Position numbers and translations under genes: made by a program. This document shows positions 18,759 to 27,489 of a stretch of 64,000 nucleotides of DNA, one piece after another. Source of the stretch: a virus. Taxonomy: Duplodnaviria; Caudoviricetes. The notes under the pieces are model-generated. The model had not been told where the DNA came from. It was given only the letters and a program-made list of their open reading frames with translations, and did no database searches. Every line of letters starts with the position of its first letter. Positions within the stretch are counted from its first letter, which is position 1. The stretch is taken from positions 142 to 64,141 of the IMG/VR virus record IMGVR_UViG_3300010403_000004. One strand, written 5' to 3'.

Positions 18759-20927
18759 TTATCGGACCGGTGCGGACATTGGGAAAAGTCGCTTGATCTC
18801 CGCGCCAACTGGGCCGCCGGCGTGACCCGCTGTGAATGTAGTCGGATTGTTCACGCGGAACCCGAGCCTCACCCATTCGTACGCCGCCATGGGCGTGAAC
18901 TTGGGATTGAACCCGGAGTCGTTGTTCACCTTGCCGAACTCTGATACGCACCCGGCCAGCGTCGTCACTGAAGCATCCATCAGCGTGCACCACGTCAGTA
19001 GCTTGCGCGTCGTGTCGGTGAATTGTGGGTTACCGGATTGATCGTGGGTGCCAGGAGGAGACGGGCTCGTGTAGTAGTTTGTGGCACTCACAATAGTGAT
19101 CGTCCCTGAGCACGTCGCCGTTCCGTTTGTCAGCACTGCGGTCGTGGGGCTGGCAGAATATCCGCTGCCGCCCGCTGTGATGGATAGCATGGTCGACGCG
19201 GCGATGGTGTCCGTGCCGGTCAGTGCGATCGTTCCAGCGGCACTGCTGCCGCCGCCGTTGAACGTCCCGACGTTGCAGGTTTGATTCGCGGACCCCGTGA
19301 CGGTCGCGCCGCTCACGTACTTCGCCTGACGCACGACGCCCGACGTGGCGTTCTGGTAGCCCCCGTTCCCGCCACCACCCACGTTGGAGAAGTTGTACGT
19401 CCAGTTGTAGTCGAGGCCGTTGTAGGACCCGTCCTGCACGAACGTGGACCCGGACAGGATGGAGTAGGCCAACGCGCCGGTTGCGCATGTGGTCAGACAG
19501 TAGGCGATGTTGTCGGTCATCGCCGCGAACCCGCCCGCCGTGGTACCAAGGCCGGCTTCCCATCCACCACCACCGCTGCCGCCCGTCGCGTCGGACCCAG
19601 TGTGCCGAGCGAAGTAGGTGTTGTTCTGAACAGTCGATACACTGGACGCGCCGGGTCCAATCTTCAAATGGACGGCGTTCATATACTGCGTCGCCTCGGT
19701 CGGTGGCGGCAGCACCACTCCGTTTTTCTTAAGGTAGGTCCCGCCCAAGTTGGAACTGTCGCCACCCCCGGAAGAGTTTCCCGATCCGGCCACCGATTCC
19801 GTGATGAACCCGTCCAGTATTTGCGCTCCCTGGTACGCCTTGGGGCCGTCGAGAAAATAGGGCTCCTGCCCACCGGTGGTGCAATTTCTGACGCCATAGA
19901 TTCTCGTGACCGACCCCGATTGCAGGCCCGGGAAGTCCATTGACGTTTGGCAGGCGGTGGAGTAGCTGAACATGTTCGACCACTGCTGCGCGTTGAATTG
20001 ACTGGGCGCGATGGTGACAAAGTAGTTCCCCGCCCCCGCCACTTGGGAGTTGAGTATCCAATCGTGGACGTAGAGGTTGACATTGCCCGCCGACAACGTT
20101 TCCAGTGTAATTGGGCCTTCGCTGTAGATATAGTTGATGGTCCACAGCGCCGTTGTCTTGGAGAACGTCAGAATCATCGTGCGCTTGTCCGTGCGCGTCG
20201 GACTGAAGAACGAGGTGTGAGTGATCGAGTAGGTTTGGCTGTTCGCGTCCCCGCGGAGCCACAGCACGCCGGAGCCGGTGAACGAACAGTAGTTGCATGA
20301 CCACGCGTACGTCGATGGGCCGTTGGTGTCGTGCGAGACGCACCGGTTTGCGCGCGACACGGATTCAGTTGCCGCCGTTCCGCACCCAGTAAAGTTGGCG
20401 TACTGAAACTGCATCTGTCCGCCGCCGATAAACCCGCCGTCATCGAATCCGCCGAAGTCCCCGCTCATGGCGAAGTTGGTCTGATTGAAGCGATGGCCGT
20501 TGGTGCTAGTCGATCGCAGCAAAGCGACCGTGTTGTCTTTCGCTCCGATATGCCACACGTAGGCTGGCGTTCCGCTCGCGAGGCTGGAGTCATGGACGAG
20601 CGCGGAGTCGGGCCCGTACGTCCACGTCGCCTCGCACTGCGAGACATCACCTTGGATCTGGAGCGTGCCGTTGACATTGAGGACGCCCGTTCCGCTGGTG
20701 GTTGAGCAGGATATCGCCACGGTACCCGCCGCGCCGGACGTGCCGACTACCGCCGTGGTGCTGGCTGGGATCGTGATCGTGAAACTGTCGGCCAACACTA
20801 CAGTGTCGCCCGCCACGGGCGCGTGGCCGCACGACCAGGTCGCCCCCGTCCAGGTGCCGGTGGATTGCGAGGTGCAGGTAGCGGCGAAGGCGGGGATGGA
20901 GAGGGCGAGTAGTAGTAGGGTTCTCAT
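18759..20927 (-). CDS. secreted beta-helix/fibre-like protein with signal peptide
   Basis: MRTLLLLALSIPAFA|ATC; G8-like start (W...W...P.AGDTV); Thr/Gly/Ser-rich. Confidence 0.7.
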   Translation of the reverse strand: MRTLLLLALSIPAFAATCTSQSTGTWTGATWSCGHAPVAGDTVVLADSFTITIPASTTAVVGTSGAAGTVAISCSTTSGTGVLNVNGTLQIQGDVSQCEATWTYGPDSALVHDSSLASGTPAYVWHIGAKDNTVALLRSTSTNGHRFNQTNFAMSGDFGGFDDGGFIGGGQMQFQYANFTGCGTAATESVSRANRCVSHDTNGPSTYAWSCNYCSFTGSGVLWLRGDANSQTYSITHTSFFSPTRTDKRTMILTFSKTTALWTINYIYSEGPITLETLSAGNVNLYVHDWILNSQVAGAGNYFVTIAPSQFNAQQWSNMFSYSTACQTSMDFPGLQSGSVTRIYGVRNCTTGGQEPYFLDGPKAYQGAQILDGFITESVAGSGNSSGGGDSSNLGGTYLKKNGVVLPPPTEATQYMNAVHLKIGPGASSVSTVQNNTYFARHTGSDATGGSGGGGWEAGLGTTAGGFAAMTDNIAYCLTTCATGALAYSILSGSTFVQDGSYNGLDYNWTYNFSNVGGGGNGGYQNATSGVVRQAKYVSGATVTGSANQTCNVGTFNGGGSSAAGTIALTGTDTIAASTMLSITAGGSGYSASPTTAVLTNGTATCSGTITIVSATNYYTSPSPPGTHDQSGNPQFTDTTRKLLTWCTLMDASVTTLAGCVSEFGKVNNDSGFNPKFTPMAAYEWVRLGFRVNNPTTFTAGHAGGPVGAEIKRLFPMSAPVR

Positions 20928-21634
20928 TGTTGGGGCGTCCTGTGTACGATTTTGGGCAGGGCTGGCTTGAAGGTGGCTATAGAGCAGTTGACCTGGCTAC
21001 CCGTGCTCCAACTCCACGTGGGATTCACGGACGCCGCAGATGTCTGAATATAATACGCCGCCGACTGGCCGAAGTTATTCCCCGCGCTATAGGCGGCGGT
21101 ATTGGTTATTGTCATCGTCGGAGTAGCCACAGCGGTGCCTGTTATTGACGCCGCAAACGCGAGCCCAGAGACAACAAGTTCGTTATCCTGCGATGGCAAT
21201 CCGCTGGCACCAGGCTGAACGCTTGTCCCGTTATTCGTTCCCCCCGTGCTCTGCTGATCGAACGATGACGCCGTAGCCACACCCGAGAAGATCATGACGC
21301 AAATCGCGGGAAACGTAGCCACGCCATTCGGAATTGTGAAGGTCTGTGTCGAACTCACCGTCGCATTCTCAGCGTAGTAAATCGCGTGAAGGGTACTTGA
21401 ATTGGTGACCGTGTTCAACTTGGTGTAGGTATTTGCCGAGGTTGAATCAGTCGGCGTGGCCAAGGTTGTGAAGCGGACCTCAAAAATTACTATGAGGTGG
21501 TTCGTTCCTGCCGTGCCGTCTATCGCGCTGGTGGTTACGGTCGAAGTGCTACCGGAAGCGCACGTGCTTGCCTCCAAGTGGATAGCGGCGTGCGCGGTCG
21601 CGGCAAGGAGAAAAATGGTTAGGGTGCGTAGCAT
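20924..21634 (-). CDS. secreted beta-sandwich protein with signal peptide
   Basis: [16 protein letters not shown]|AI; Thr/Ser-rich. Confidence 0.7.
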   Translation of the reverse strand: MLRTLTIFLLAATAHAAIHLEASTCASGSTSTVTTSAIDGTAGTNHLIVIFEVRFTTLATPTDSTSANTYTKLNTVTNSSTLHAIYYAENATVSSTQTFTIPNGVATFPAICVMIFSGVATASSFDQQSTGGTNNGTSVQPGASGLPSQDNELVVSGLAFAASITGTAVATPTMTITNTAAYSAGNNFGQSAAYYIQTSAASVNPTWSWSTGSQVNCSIATFKPALPKIVHRTPQQ

Positions 21635-22671
21635 CAGTTCACCGTGTAGACAACCATGACCTTGTAGATGACCGGGGTTCCGGCAAGCGTGCTGGTGCTG
21701 GTTTCGATATAATCTCCGGCCCCTAACGCCGTGGTCGATACCGTGATACTGCCGGATGACGTAGTCCCATCAATGCACGTTTGGGACGTCGCCGTTCTAG
21801 CGCAGGCGGGGAACCCGCCGGTGAGAGTCGCCAGCGCTCCGCTCAGCAGATTGGTGTTGGTCCATGCCGTGCAATTCCCACCGGTGATTGTCGAGCAATG
21901 CCGCTTCTGCACCTGGACGCTACTGGTGCCGGCGTCGGCATCAACTGCGATCTCCACTACCGTGGAAGCCGCTGGAACCTTGCACTGCTTCATCTGTGGA
22001 GCGAGGTCCAGAGCCACCAGCGCAGCTCCATTGTTGGCTCCGATCACGATATCGCAGACGCGGGTCGTGTTCCCGACTGGACCCGTGGGTCCTGTTGGCC
22101 CGACCGCGCCGCTACCATTCCCGGAAGAGATCAGAACAACGCCATTGAAGGCCCCGCTGAATGTCACAGTGGCTACGTTGGTGGATGTCGGAACGATATC
22201 AAGTACACTCACAGTGCTCGACAATCCTCCGAGGTCCGCTCCCGCTCCTGCGACGATCCACGGAGCAACACTTGTCCCGGTTGCGAAGTTATGAGTGATA
22301 ACCATACAGGGATTACTGTTGGTCCCACACGTCGGACTGGCCGTGCAACTTCCCCCGCCGCTAGTCGAACATGTCGAACTACCCGTGTTGACCGTAGCCG
22401 TGATGGCCGACGCCAACGTGGGATTCGCGCCCGTCGGACCGGTCGGACCAGTAGGCCCTGTCGGACCCGTTGCGCCTGCCACGCCCGCGCTTCCTGTCGG
22501 TCCAGTGGGACCAGTGGGACCGGCGGGGCCGGTGGGGCCGGTGGGTCCGGTGGGTCCGGTGGGTCCAGTCGCACCGGTTATCGCAGGCGGGACGCTGGTA
22601 CTCTGCGCCGACAGGGATGCCGCGATGATGCCGCAGAGAAATATCGGGAGGATTGCGGCCAGCCGCCTCAT
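21634..22671 (-). CDS. collagen-like fibre protein with signal peptide
   Basis: [22 protein letters not shown]|Q; GPT collagen triplets; ATGA overlap with upstream gene. Confidence 0.75.
   Translation of the reverse strand: MRRLAAILPIFLCGIIAASLSAQSTSVPPAITGATGPTGPTGPTGPTGPAGPTGPTGPTGSAGVAGATGPTGPTGPTGPTGANPTLASAITATVNTGSSTCSTSGGGSCTASPTCGTNSNPCMVITHNFATGTSVAPWIVAGAGADLGGLSSTVSVLDIVPTSTNVATVTFSGAFNGVVLISSGNGSGAVGPTGPTGPVGNTTRVCDIVIGANNGAALVALDLAPQMKQCKVPAASTVVEIAVDADAGTSSVQVQKRHCSTITGGNCTAWTNTNLLSGALATLTGGFPACARTATSQTCIDGTTSSGSITVSTTALGAGDYIETSTSTLAGTPVIYKVMVVYTVN
22430..22578 (-). repeat. collagen Gly-Pro-Thr repeat
   Basis: [22 protein letters not shown]... Confidence 0.85.
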
Positions 22672-23486
22672 CGGATCACCCCCCTCACAGAGCAGTAGAT
22701 CGACGATGCCGTTCCTGCAAGCCAGGTCGCGCCGCCATCGGCACGCGTGCCTCCAGGCCACGCAATCACGGTGATATTGTTGACTGTGGTGTTCGGAATT
22801 ACGGTAGGCACAATCGGCAGAGCCGCGGACTGCGCGTCCGACACGGTGAAGGAATGGTTTCCGCCGTTATTGTCTGCGCACGAGATGAGGTCGATATCGC
22901 AAGTCCTGTTCGCTTGCAAGTCGATCCCGCCGCTGATCACCCAGTTGCCGGCCGAGACGTTCCACGTGTGGATCTTCAGCGCTCCGAACGGAGGCCCGGA
23001 AGTGCTGACGACGGTCGTACACCCGGAACACGTAATCGTCGCCGTTGGCAGGGGATTGTTGACGTAGATCGTCGGCGTCCCCGGTGCACCAGCGGAACCG
23101 CCCACCACGCCGCCATAGATCGTCACCACGCCAACGTCAGCGGCAGTGCCACCCGACAGGGTAGCCGTCTTCGTAGACGTAATCAGCATGTCCGTGGTGG
23201 GGAAGCGGATGTACTCCGGGACCGTCGCGCTCGCCGAGCCGCCCATTGTCAGGACGGTAGCCGACGTACGCGCCACGTCCAACGTTGACCGCGAGCAGAT
23301 TCGCTGCGACGTAGTGGAGAGCAGTTCCCGGAACTGGAAATGATCCCCGCCGACAGGAGAGGTGGAGAGGTTCGGGTAGGTTTGGGATGGAATGGGATCG
23401 GGAACCAGCGCGTTCGATGGCTGGCCCCATGCGGCAGATGCCGCCACGATGAGAATCAGGAGATATTTCGGCATCATTTTTTCCAT
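22668..23486 (-). CDS. secreted virion-like protein with signal peptide
   Basis: [18 protein letters not shown]|Q; beta-rich. Confidence 0.7.
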   Translation of the reverse strand: MEKMMPKYLLILIVAASAAWGQPSNALVPDPIPSQTYPNLSTSPVGGDHFQFRELLSTTSQRICSRSTLDVARTSATVLTMGGSASATVPEYIRFPTTDMLITSTKTATLSGGTAADVGVVTIYGGVVGGSAGAPGTPTIYVNNPLPTATITCSGCTTVVSTSGPPFGALKIHTWNVSAGNWVISGGIDLQANRTCDIDLISCADNNGGNHSFTVSDAQSAALPIVPTVIPNTTVNNITVIAWPGGTRADGGATWLAGTASSIYCSVRGVIR

Positions 23487-24124
23487 GTCTGTTCGGTAAC
23501 GAGCATGTGGATCGCTCCCACGCTCATGTTAAACTCTTTGGCCAACTCTTTCAACGTGGCCCCGGTGGCTCGTTTGGCTATAATCGCCACCCGCTGATCT
23601 TGGGTGAGTTGCCGTTTCTGCGGCTCCCTTGGACCGACCACTCGTCGCCAATGCTTGCCTTTGACGAGGGGGATAATGGAGCCTAGCGTAACCCCGTACT
23701 TGGCACTCAGCGCCAGTAGCGTCATTCCCGCGGCGCGATCCACCAACACCTGCCCAGCGAGTTCTTCGGTCAGGACTGCGGTGTGAATGCCGACGCCTCG
23801 CGGACGCCGATCTCGCGCAATCGCGTCGGCGCTGTTTTCCTTGTGCGTCCCTGGAATGCAATGGGCCGGATTGACGCACCACTTGTGGTCGCATGTGTGT
23901 CTCCCTAGGAACTTTCCGAGATCAACCCGGTTAGCAATAAAATACGAGATCCGGTGCGCCTTGAAACTCTCCGGCCCGATCCAGAATGTTCCGTATCCGT
24001 CCCCAGATGCCCCGGCGAACCAAGGCCAGCATTCATCGGACCCACCCTTAATGACCTTGGACCAAAAGCGGTCCAAGTCCTTTTGCGAAAGTCGCGGAAT
24101 AGGTTTAGGCTTGTAGTCAGACAT
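23474..24124 (-). CDS. HNH homing endonuclease with C-terminal HTH domains
   Basis: RFWSKV...ECWPW...AHRISY...HTCDHKWCVNPAH; two HTH segments. Confidence 0.85.
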   Translation of the reverse strand: MSDYKPKPIPRLSQKDLDRFWSKVIKGGSDECWPWFAGASGDGYGTFWIGPESFKAHRISYFIANRVDLGKFLGRHTCDHKWCVNPAHCIPGTHKENSADAIARDRRPRGVGIHTAVLTEELAGQVLVDRAAGMTLLALSAKYGVTLGSIIPLVKGKHWRRVVGPREPQKRQLTQDQRVAIIAKRATGATLKELAKEFNMSVGAIHMLVTEQTWKK

Positions 24125-24226
24125 CTTGTTCTCCTTTCAAGAACAGGAAGTTCAGGGGCCGGGTTCGATTTGCTGTCGAATTCCAGCCCCGTTTTTATTG
24201 TAACCTAAACCATGCGTTGATGTCAA
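24125..24226 (-). promoter_or_regulatory. sigma70-type promoter and RBS-sequestering hairpins for HNH gene
   Basis: - strand TTGACA-N18-TACAAT; hairpins GGGGCTGG..CCGGCCCC and TGTTCTTgaAAGGAGAACA. Confidence 0.65.
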
Positions 24227-24228
24227 GC

Positions 24229-25602
24229 CTACTGACCGGCAGGTACCTGTAAGCTGTAGTAAACAACCGCGCAACCAGGGTCAACGCTATAAAGCTGTCT
24301 CGAGTTGACTAAATAGAACTGGAAGCCCGCTTGGGGGTTGCCGGTGGTGGCCGAGCGTCCGATAAAGATGCGCTGGCCTTCGGGAGTTTGGACGAAGTCG
24401 ATGTCGGCGAGCTGGCACCAGCCGAAGTTGGACGGATTTAGCCAATCGACGCGGGCCTTGCTGGCGTAGCGGCTGACGTAGTGGGTCACATCGCCGGCCA
24501 TAAAGGTGTCGCCGTAGTCGGTGCCCTTGGGGGCGATATCGATCATCTTGTCGGAGGGGCCGCGGAACCAGTTGCTGATCGTGATGCCCTGGAGGTACCA
24601 GGAAACGCGTTGGGCGGGGTGACAGACGCCGATGACGCCACTGTAGGCTTCCTCGTCGCGCCGCTGGATGAGTTGCGACTTGCCGCTGTACAGCAGGGAC
24701 GGAGTGAAGAAGCCGGATTGCCCGTTAACGGACGGAGTGGCCAATTCGTACGCCGTGGTGTAGGAGAGTCCGCCCAGCGAGCCGCTGGTGGACGTGGTGT
24801 TGAACGTATAGATGCCGTTACGCCACGAGCCGGCCGCCGCGGTGTACGCCGTACGAGCTGCGCCGAGGCCCATGTTCGGAAACATGATCTGATCGGTGTT
24901 CACCGGAGTGTAGGTGCTGGTCCCGGACAGGGTTAGCGTATTCGACGCGAAGTTGATGCTCTTAACGCGGGCGCCGACGAATTGCAGCAGGAGGTTCGTG
25001 TCGTAGATGTCCACGAGGGCATTCGCGCCGCGGATGCGGTTGTAGCCGAACGTGGATTCGAGGTTGTACGTGACGTTCGTGCTGGAGATCGTCGGGGAGC
25101 CGGTTCCGTTGGCTTGCGCCAGAGTCCCAGTGGAATCCTGGAAGAGTCCGATCTCGTTGTAGAGCGCCATTTCGGAGATCGCCTTGCCGAGGGTGAACTG
25201 GAGTGCGTTCGTGATAGCCTGTTTCGCGTCCTTCGTGCCGTAGATGGCGCGGAGGGGCAAATTGAAGCCGATATCGTTTTCGAAGGTTCCGAACGCCATG
25301 AACGCACTGTTCATCATGGAGCCGGTGCCGAGATCGCCTCCGTCCAGGGAGATGGCCTGGTAGTCGCCACCGATGGAGAGCAAAACCGGAACGCGCCACG
25401 CGAGAACCGGGCCGCCGGCGGTGTATGTCGGAGATCCGCCCGATGCCGCGTCGGTGAACGCGGAGACTTGGTGTTTTTCCGCCTGCTTGTTGAACAAAGA
25501 GGCAAATTTGGACTGCTTTTGCGCGAGGAAATAGGACAGTTTCGGGCGAACCTGTTCCAACATTGTCGGAATGACGTTCGCCGTCTGAGCCGTGATGCTC
25601 AT
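24229..25602 (-). CDS. major capsid protein (putative)
   Basis: 457 aa; directly downstream of portal and scaffold; size and composition fit. Confidence 0.7.
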   Translation of the reverse strand: MSITAQTANVIPTMLEQVRPKLSYFLAQKQSKFASLFNKQAEKHQVSAFTDAASGGSPTYTAGGPVLAWRVPVLLSIGGDYQAISLDGGDLGTGSMMNSAFMAFGTFENDIGFNLPLRAIYGTKDAKQAITNALQFTLGKAISEMALYNEIGLFQDSTGTLAQANGTGSPTISSTNVTYNLESTFGYNRIRGANALVDIYDTNLLLQFVGARVKSINFASNTLTLSGTSTYTPVNTDQIMFPNMGLGAARTAYTAAAGSWRNGIYTFNTTSTSGSLGGLSYTTAYELATPSVNGQSGFFTPSLLYSGKSQLIQRRDEEAYSGVIGVCHPAQRVSWYLQGITISNWFRGPSDKMIDIAPKGTDYGDTFMAGDVTHYVSRYASKARVDWLNPSNFGWCQLADIDFVQTPEGQRIFIGRSATTGNPQAGFQFYLVNSRQLYSVDPGCAVVYYSLQVPAGQ

Positions 25603-25649
25603 GATGGCCCCCTTAACGGGTGAGATTTATGATGTGGCGGGGCGGAGGT

Positions 25650-26951
25650 CTACTGAAAGACTTTAGCCCACTCCGCGTCGTACTGGTCGCGGCTCAAGCG
25701 AGCAGGCGGCTCACCAGCGCTCGGAGCGGGAGATGGGCGAGGAGTACCGGGCTTGGGGCCGGGTCTCTGCTGGCCGAGTCTCGCTTGAGTGGTGGCGTTA
25801 ACGCGCTTTTGCGCGATTGCCGGTAGCACGCGGGAGACACGTGACAAAAAATCCTGGATGTATGCTTGGACGCGAGGCTGCAAGCCCTGTCCGGGCGAAC
25901 CCTGCTGCCAAGTATGCCGGTAGTCCGACATGAGTTGATCAAAATTCTGTTTATGCTCGGTAAACCATTCCTGCTTCATCATCGTATCGATGACTTCCCG
26001 CTGGATTCCGGCCTTTAGATCGTTGTAAGCGACTTCGTTGAACTTCGCCTTGACTGGCGCGAGCAGAGAGTCGATCCGAGTTCCGAGTTGGGTGAACTTA
26101 GCACCCTCTACTGCGGTTTGGTTGAACGAAACCACGTCGCGCTTGAGCGCGTTCTGCTGGCGAGCCTCGAATGCCTGCTTTTCCTGCTGCCATTGCGCCT
26201 GAGCTTGCGCGGCGGGGTCCTTCTTGGGCAATTCCTTCTGGTAGTTTCCCGTCATGCCCCAATCGACGGACTGCGCGTCGAGGAGGTCCTGCGGGTTGCC
26301 CGTTTGCGCTGCCTTGTCGTAGAGCGACTCCACAACAGACTTGCCCATCGTGGAAACGAACTCGGCGTGAGCTTGCGGATTGACCTGCTTCAGGATCTGC
26401 GGGGCCATCTGCGCCATTTTCGCGAATGATCGCTGGAATTGGGCACGTGTCGCTGGGTCCTGATGGTTCCCCCCGGCCCAATGGTTGAGTACGCCGCGAA
26501 TGCTATCGTCCGTGCCGTACATCCAATCGTTCGTGATCTGCCGTAGATCGGTCGCCTGCAGTGCGGCGGACTGTGCCTCTTGCGGTGTGGCGTAAATCTG
26601 ACTGACCGCTTCCGTGTACTTCAGCGCGTTCTGAACCCTGGGGTATTCCCCCTTCGGCATCATGTACGCCTTGCCATCCGGGGATAACGCCCACGGAGAG
26701 TCGGTCGGTGCGGCGTCGGGAGCGGCGGCTACCGGCGCTTCGCCGGGGGCTGCGTCGGGTGCCTCATCGAACGGCAGTGCGGGTTCTTGTCCACCTTCGG
26801 CGCCGGGTGGAGTATCGCCAATCTCAGGGGACTCGTTCCCTGATGCGGAATCGTACGCATCGCCCAGCAACGCGCCAAGTTCGCCCGTGATGTCGTTACC
26901 GCCAAGAGGGGGACCGCCACTACCGATATCGCCGATGCCTACAGCAGCCAT
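25650..26951 (-). CDS. scaffolding protein (putative)
   Basis: Acidic disordered N-terminus, Gln-rich helices, Pro-rich C-terminus; upstream of capsid. Confidence 0.65.
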   Translation of the reverse strand: MAAVGIGDIGSGGPPLGGNDITGELGALLGDAYDSASGNESPEIGDTPPGAEGGQEPALPFDEAPDAAPGEAPVAAAPDAAPTDSPWALSPDGKAYMMPKGEYPRVQNALKYTEAVSQIYATPQEAQSAALQATDLRQITNDWMYGTDDSIRGVLNHWAGGNHQDPATRAQFQRSFAKMAQMAPQILKQVNPQAHAEFVSTMGKSVVESLYDKAAQTGNPQDLLDAQSVDWGMTGNYQKELPKKDPAAQAQAQWQQEKQAFEARQQNALKRDVVSFNQTAVEGAKFTQLGTRIDSLLAPVKAKFNEVAYNDLKAGIQREVIDTMMKQEWFTEHKQNFDQLMSDYRHTWQQGSPGQGLQPRVQAYIQDFLSRVSRVLPAIAQKRVNATTQARLGQQRPGPKPGTPRPSPAPSAGEPPARLSRDQYDAEWAKVFQ

Positions 26952-26955
26952 ATGT

Positions 26956-27174
26956 TTAGGAGGATAGTACTTCTGAGGGCGGAATGCAAATTGAGTTGCG
27001 GGCCTGTTCCAGGTTCGCGATCAGCAGCAACGCGTATCCGCACCTGCATTCTACGCAATCGCGGAAATGTGTGGCCGTCGGATCGTGGTCTTTTTGGTGG
27101 ACCCCAAGCGCGATAGCGAAGGCGTCTTTGTGCTCTGCGGACTCCCTGATTTCGGCGGTGTCTTCGAGCTTCAT
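26956..27174 (-). CDS. hypothetical protein
   Basis: 72 aa with CVECRC; overlaps upstream stop. Confidence 0.5.
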   Translation of the reverse strand: MKLEDTAEIRESAEHKDAFAIALGVHQKDHDPTATHFRDCVECRCGYALLLIANLEQARNSICIPPSEVLSS

Positions 27175-27485
27175 TCCCGCGTCCTTTCCGCCACGAACCG
27201 GTTGAACTCATCCCTCGCGCCAAGGCACCCGTTCGCCAGCTTCCGCCCCGTCATCGCCGCGATCTGATCCGTGAACGCCGTGCGCGGTCCGGTATACCGA
27301 GCGCTGTACTCGCGATGTGAGGCGGCAACGCACTGCACGTCCATTTCCGCGAGGATCTGGTCCTGCGCTTCGTGGACCAGCGCGACGGGCTCCGGCGTCT
27401 CAGGTGACGCGGATGCGCCACGGAGAGACGGGAGTGCGGAGAGCGCGATGAGGGCCTTCGCGGCGAATCGGCTCAGGATGCTCAT
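27171..27485 (-). CDS. hypothetical protein
   Basis: MSILSRFAAK...; TACAAT 6 nt upstream of ATG. Confidence 0.5.
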   Translation of the reverse strand: MSILSRFAAKALIALSALPSLRGASASPETPEPVALVHEAQDQILAEMDVQCVAASHREYSARYTGPRTAFTDQIAAMTGRKLANGCLGARDEFNRFVAERTRE

Positions 27486-27489
27486 GCGG

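Noticed and set aside
22295-22774. GPV collagen-like ORF on the + strand
   Set aside because: Reverse-complement artefact of the GPT repeat in the - strand gene.
8011-23486. Diversity-generating retroelement targeting fibre genes
   Set aside because: No reverse transcriptase and no template/variable repeat pair with adenine-specific mismatches was seen.
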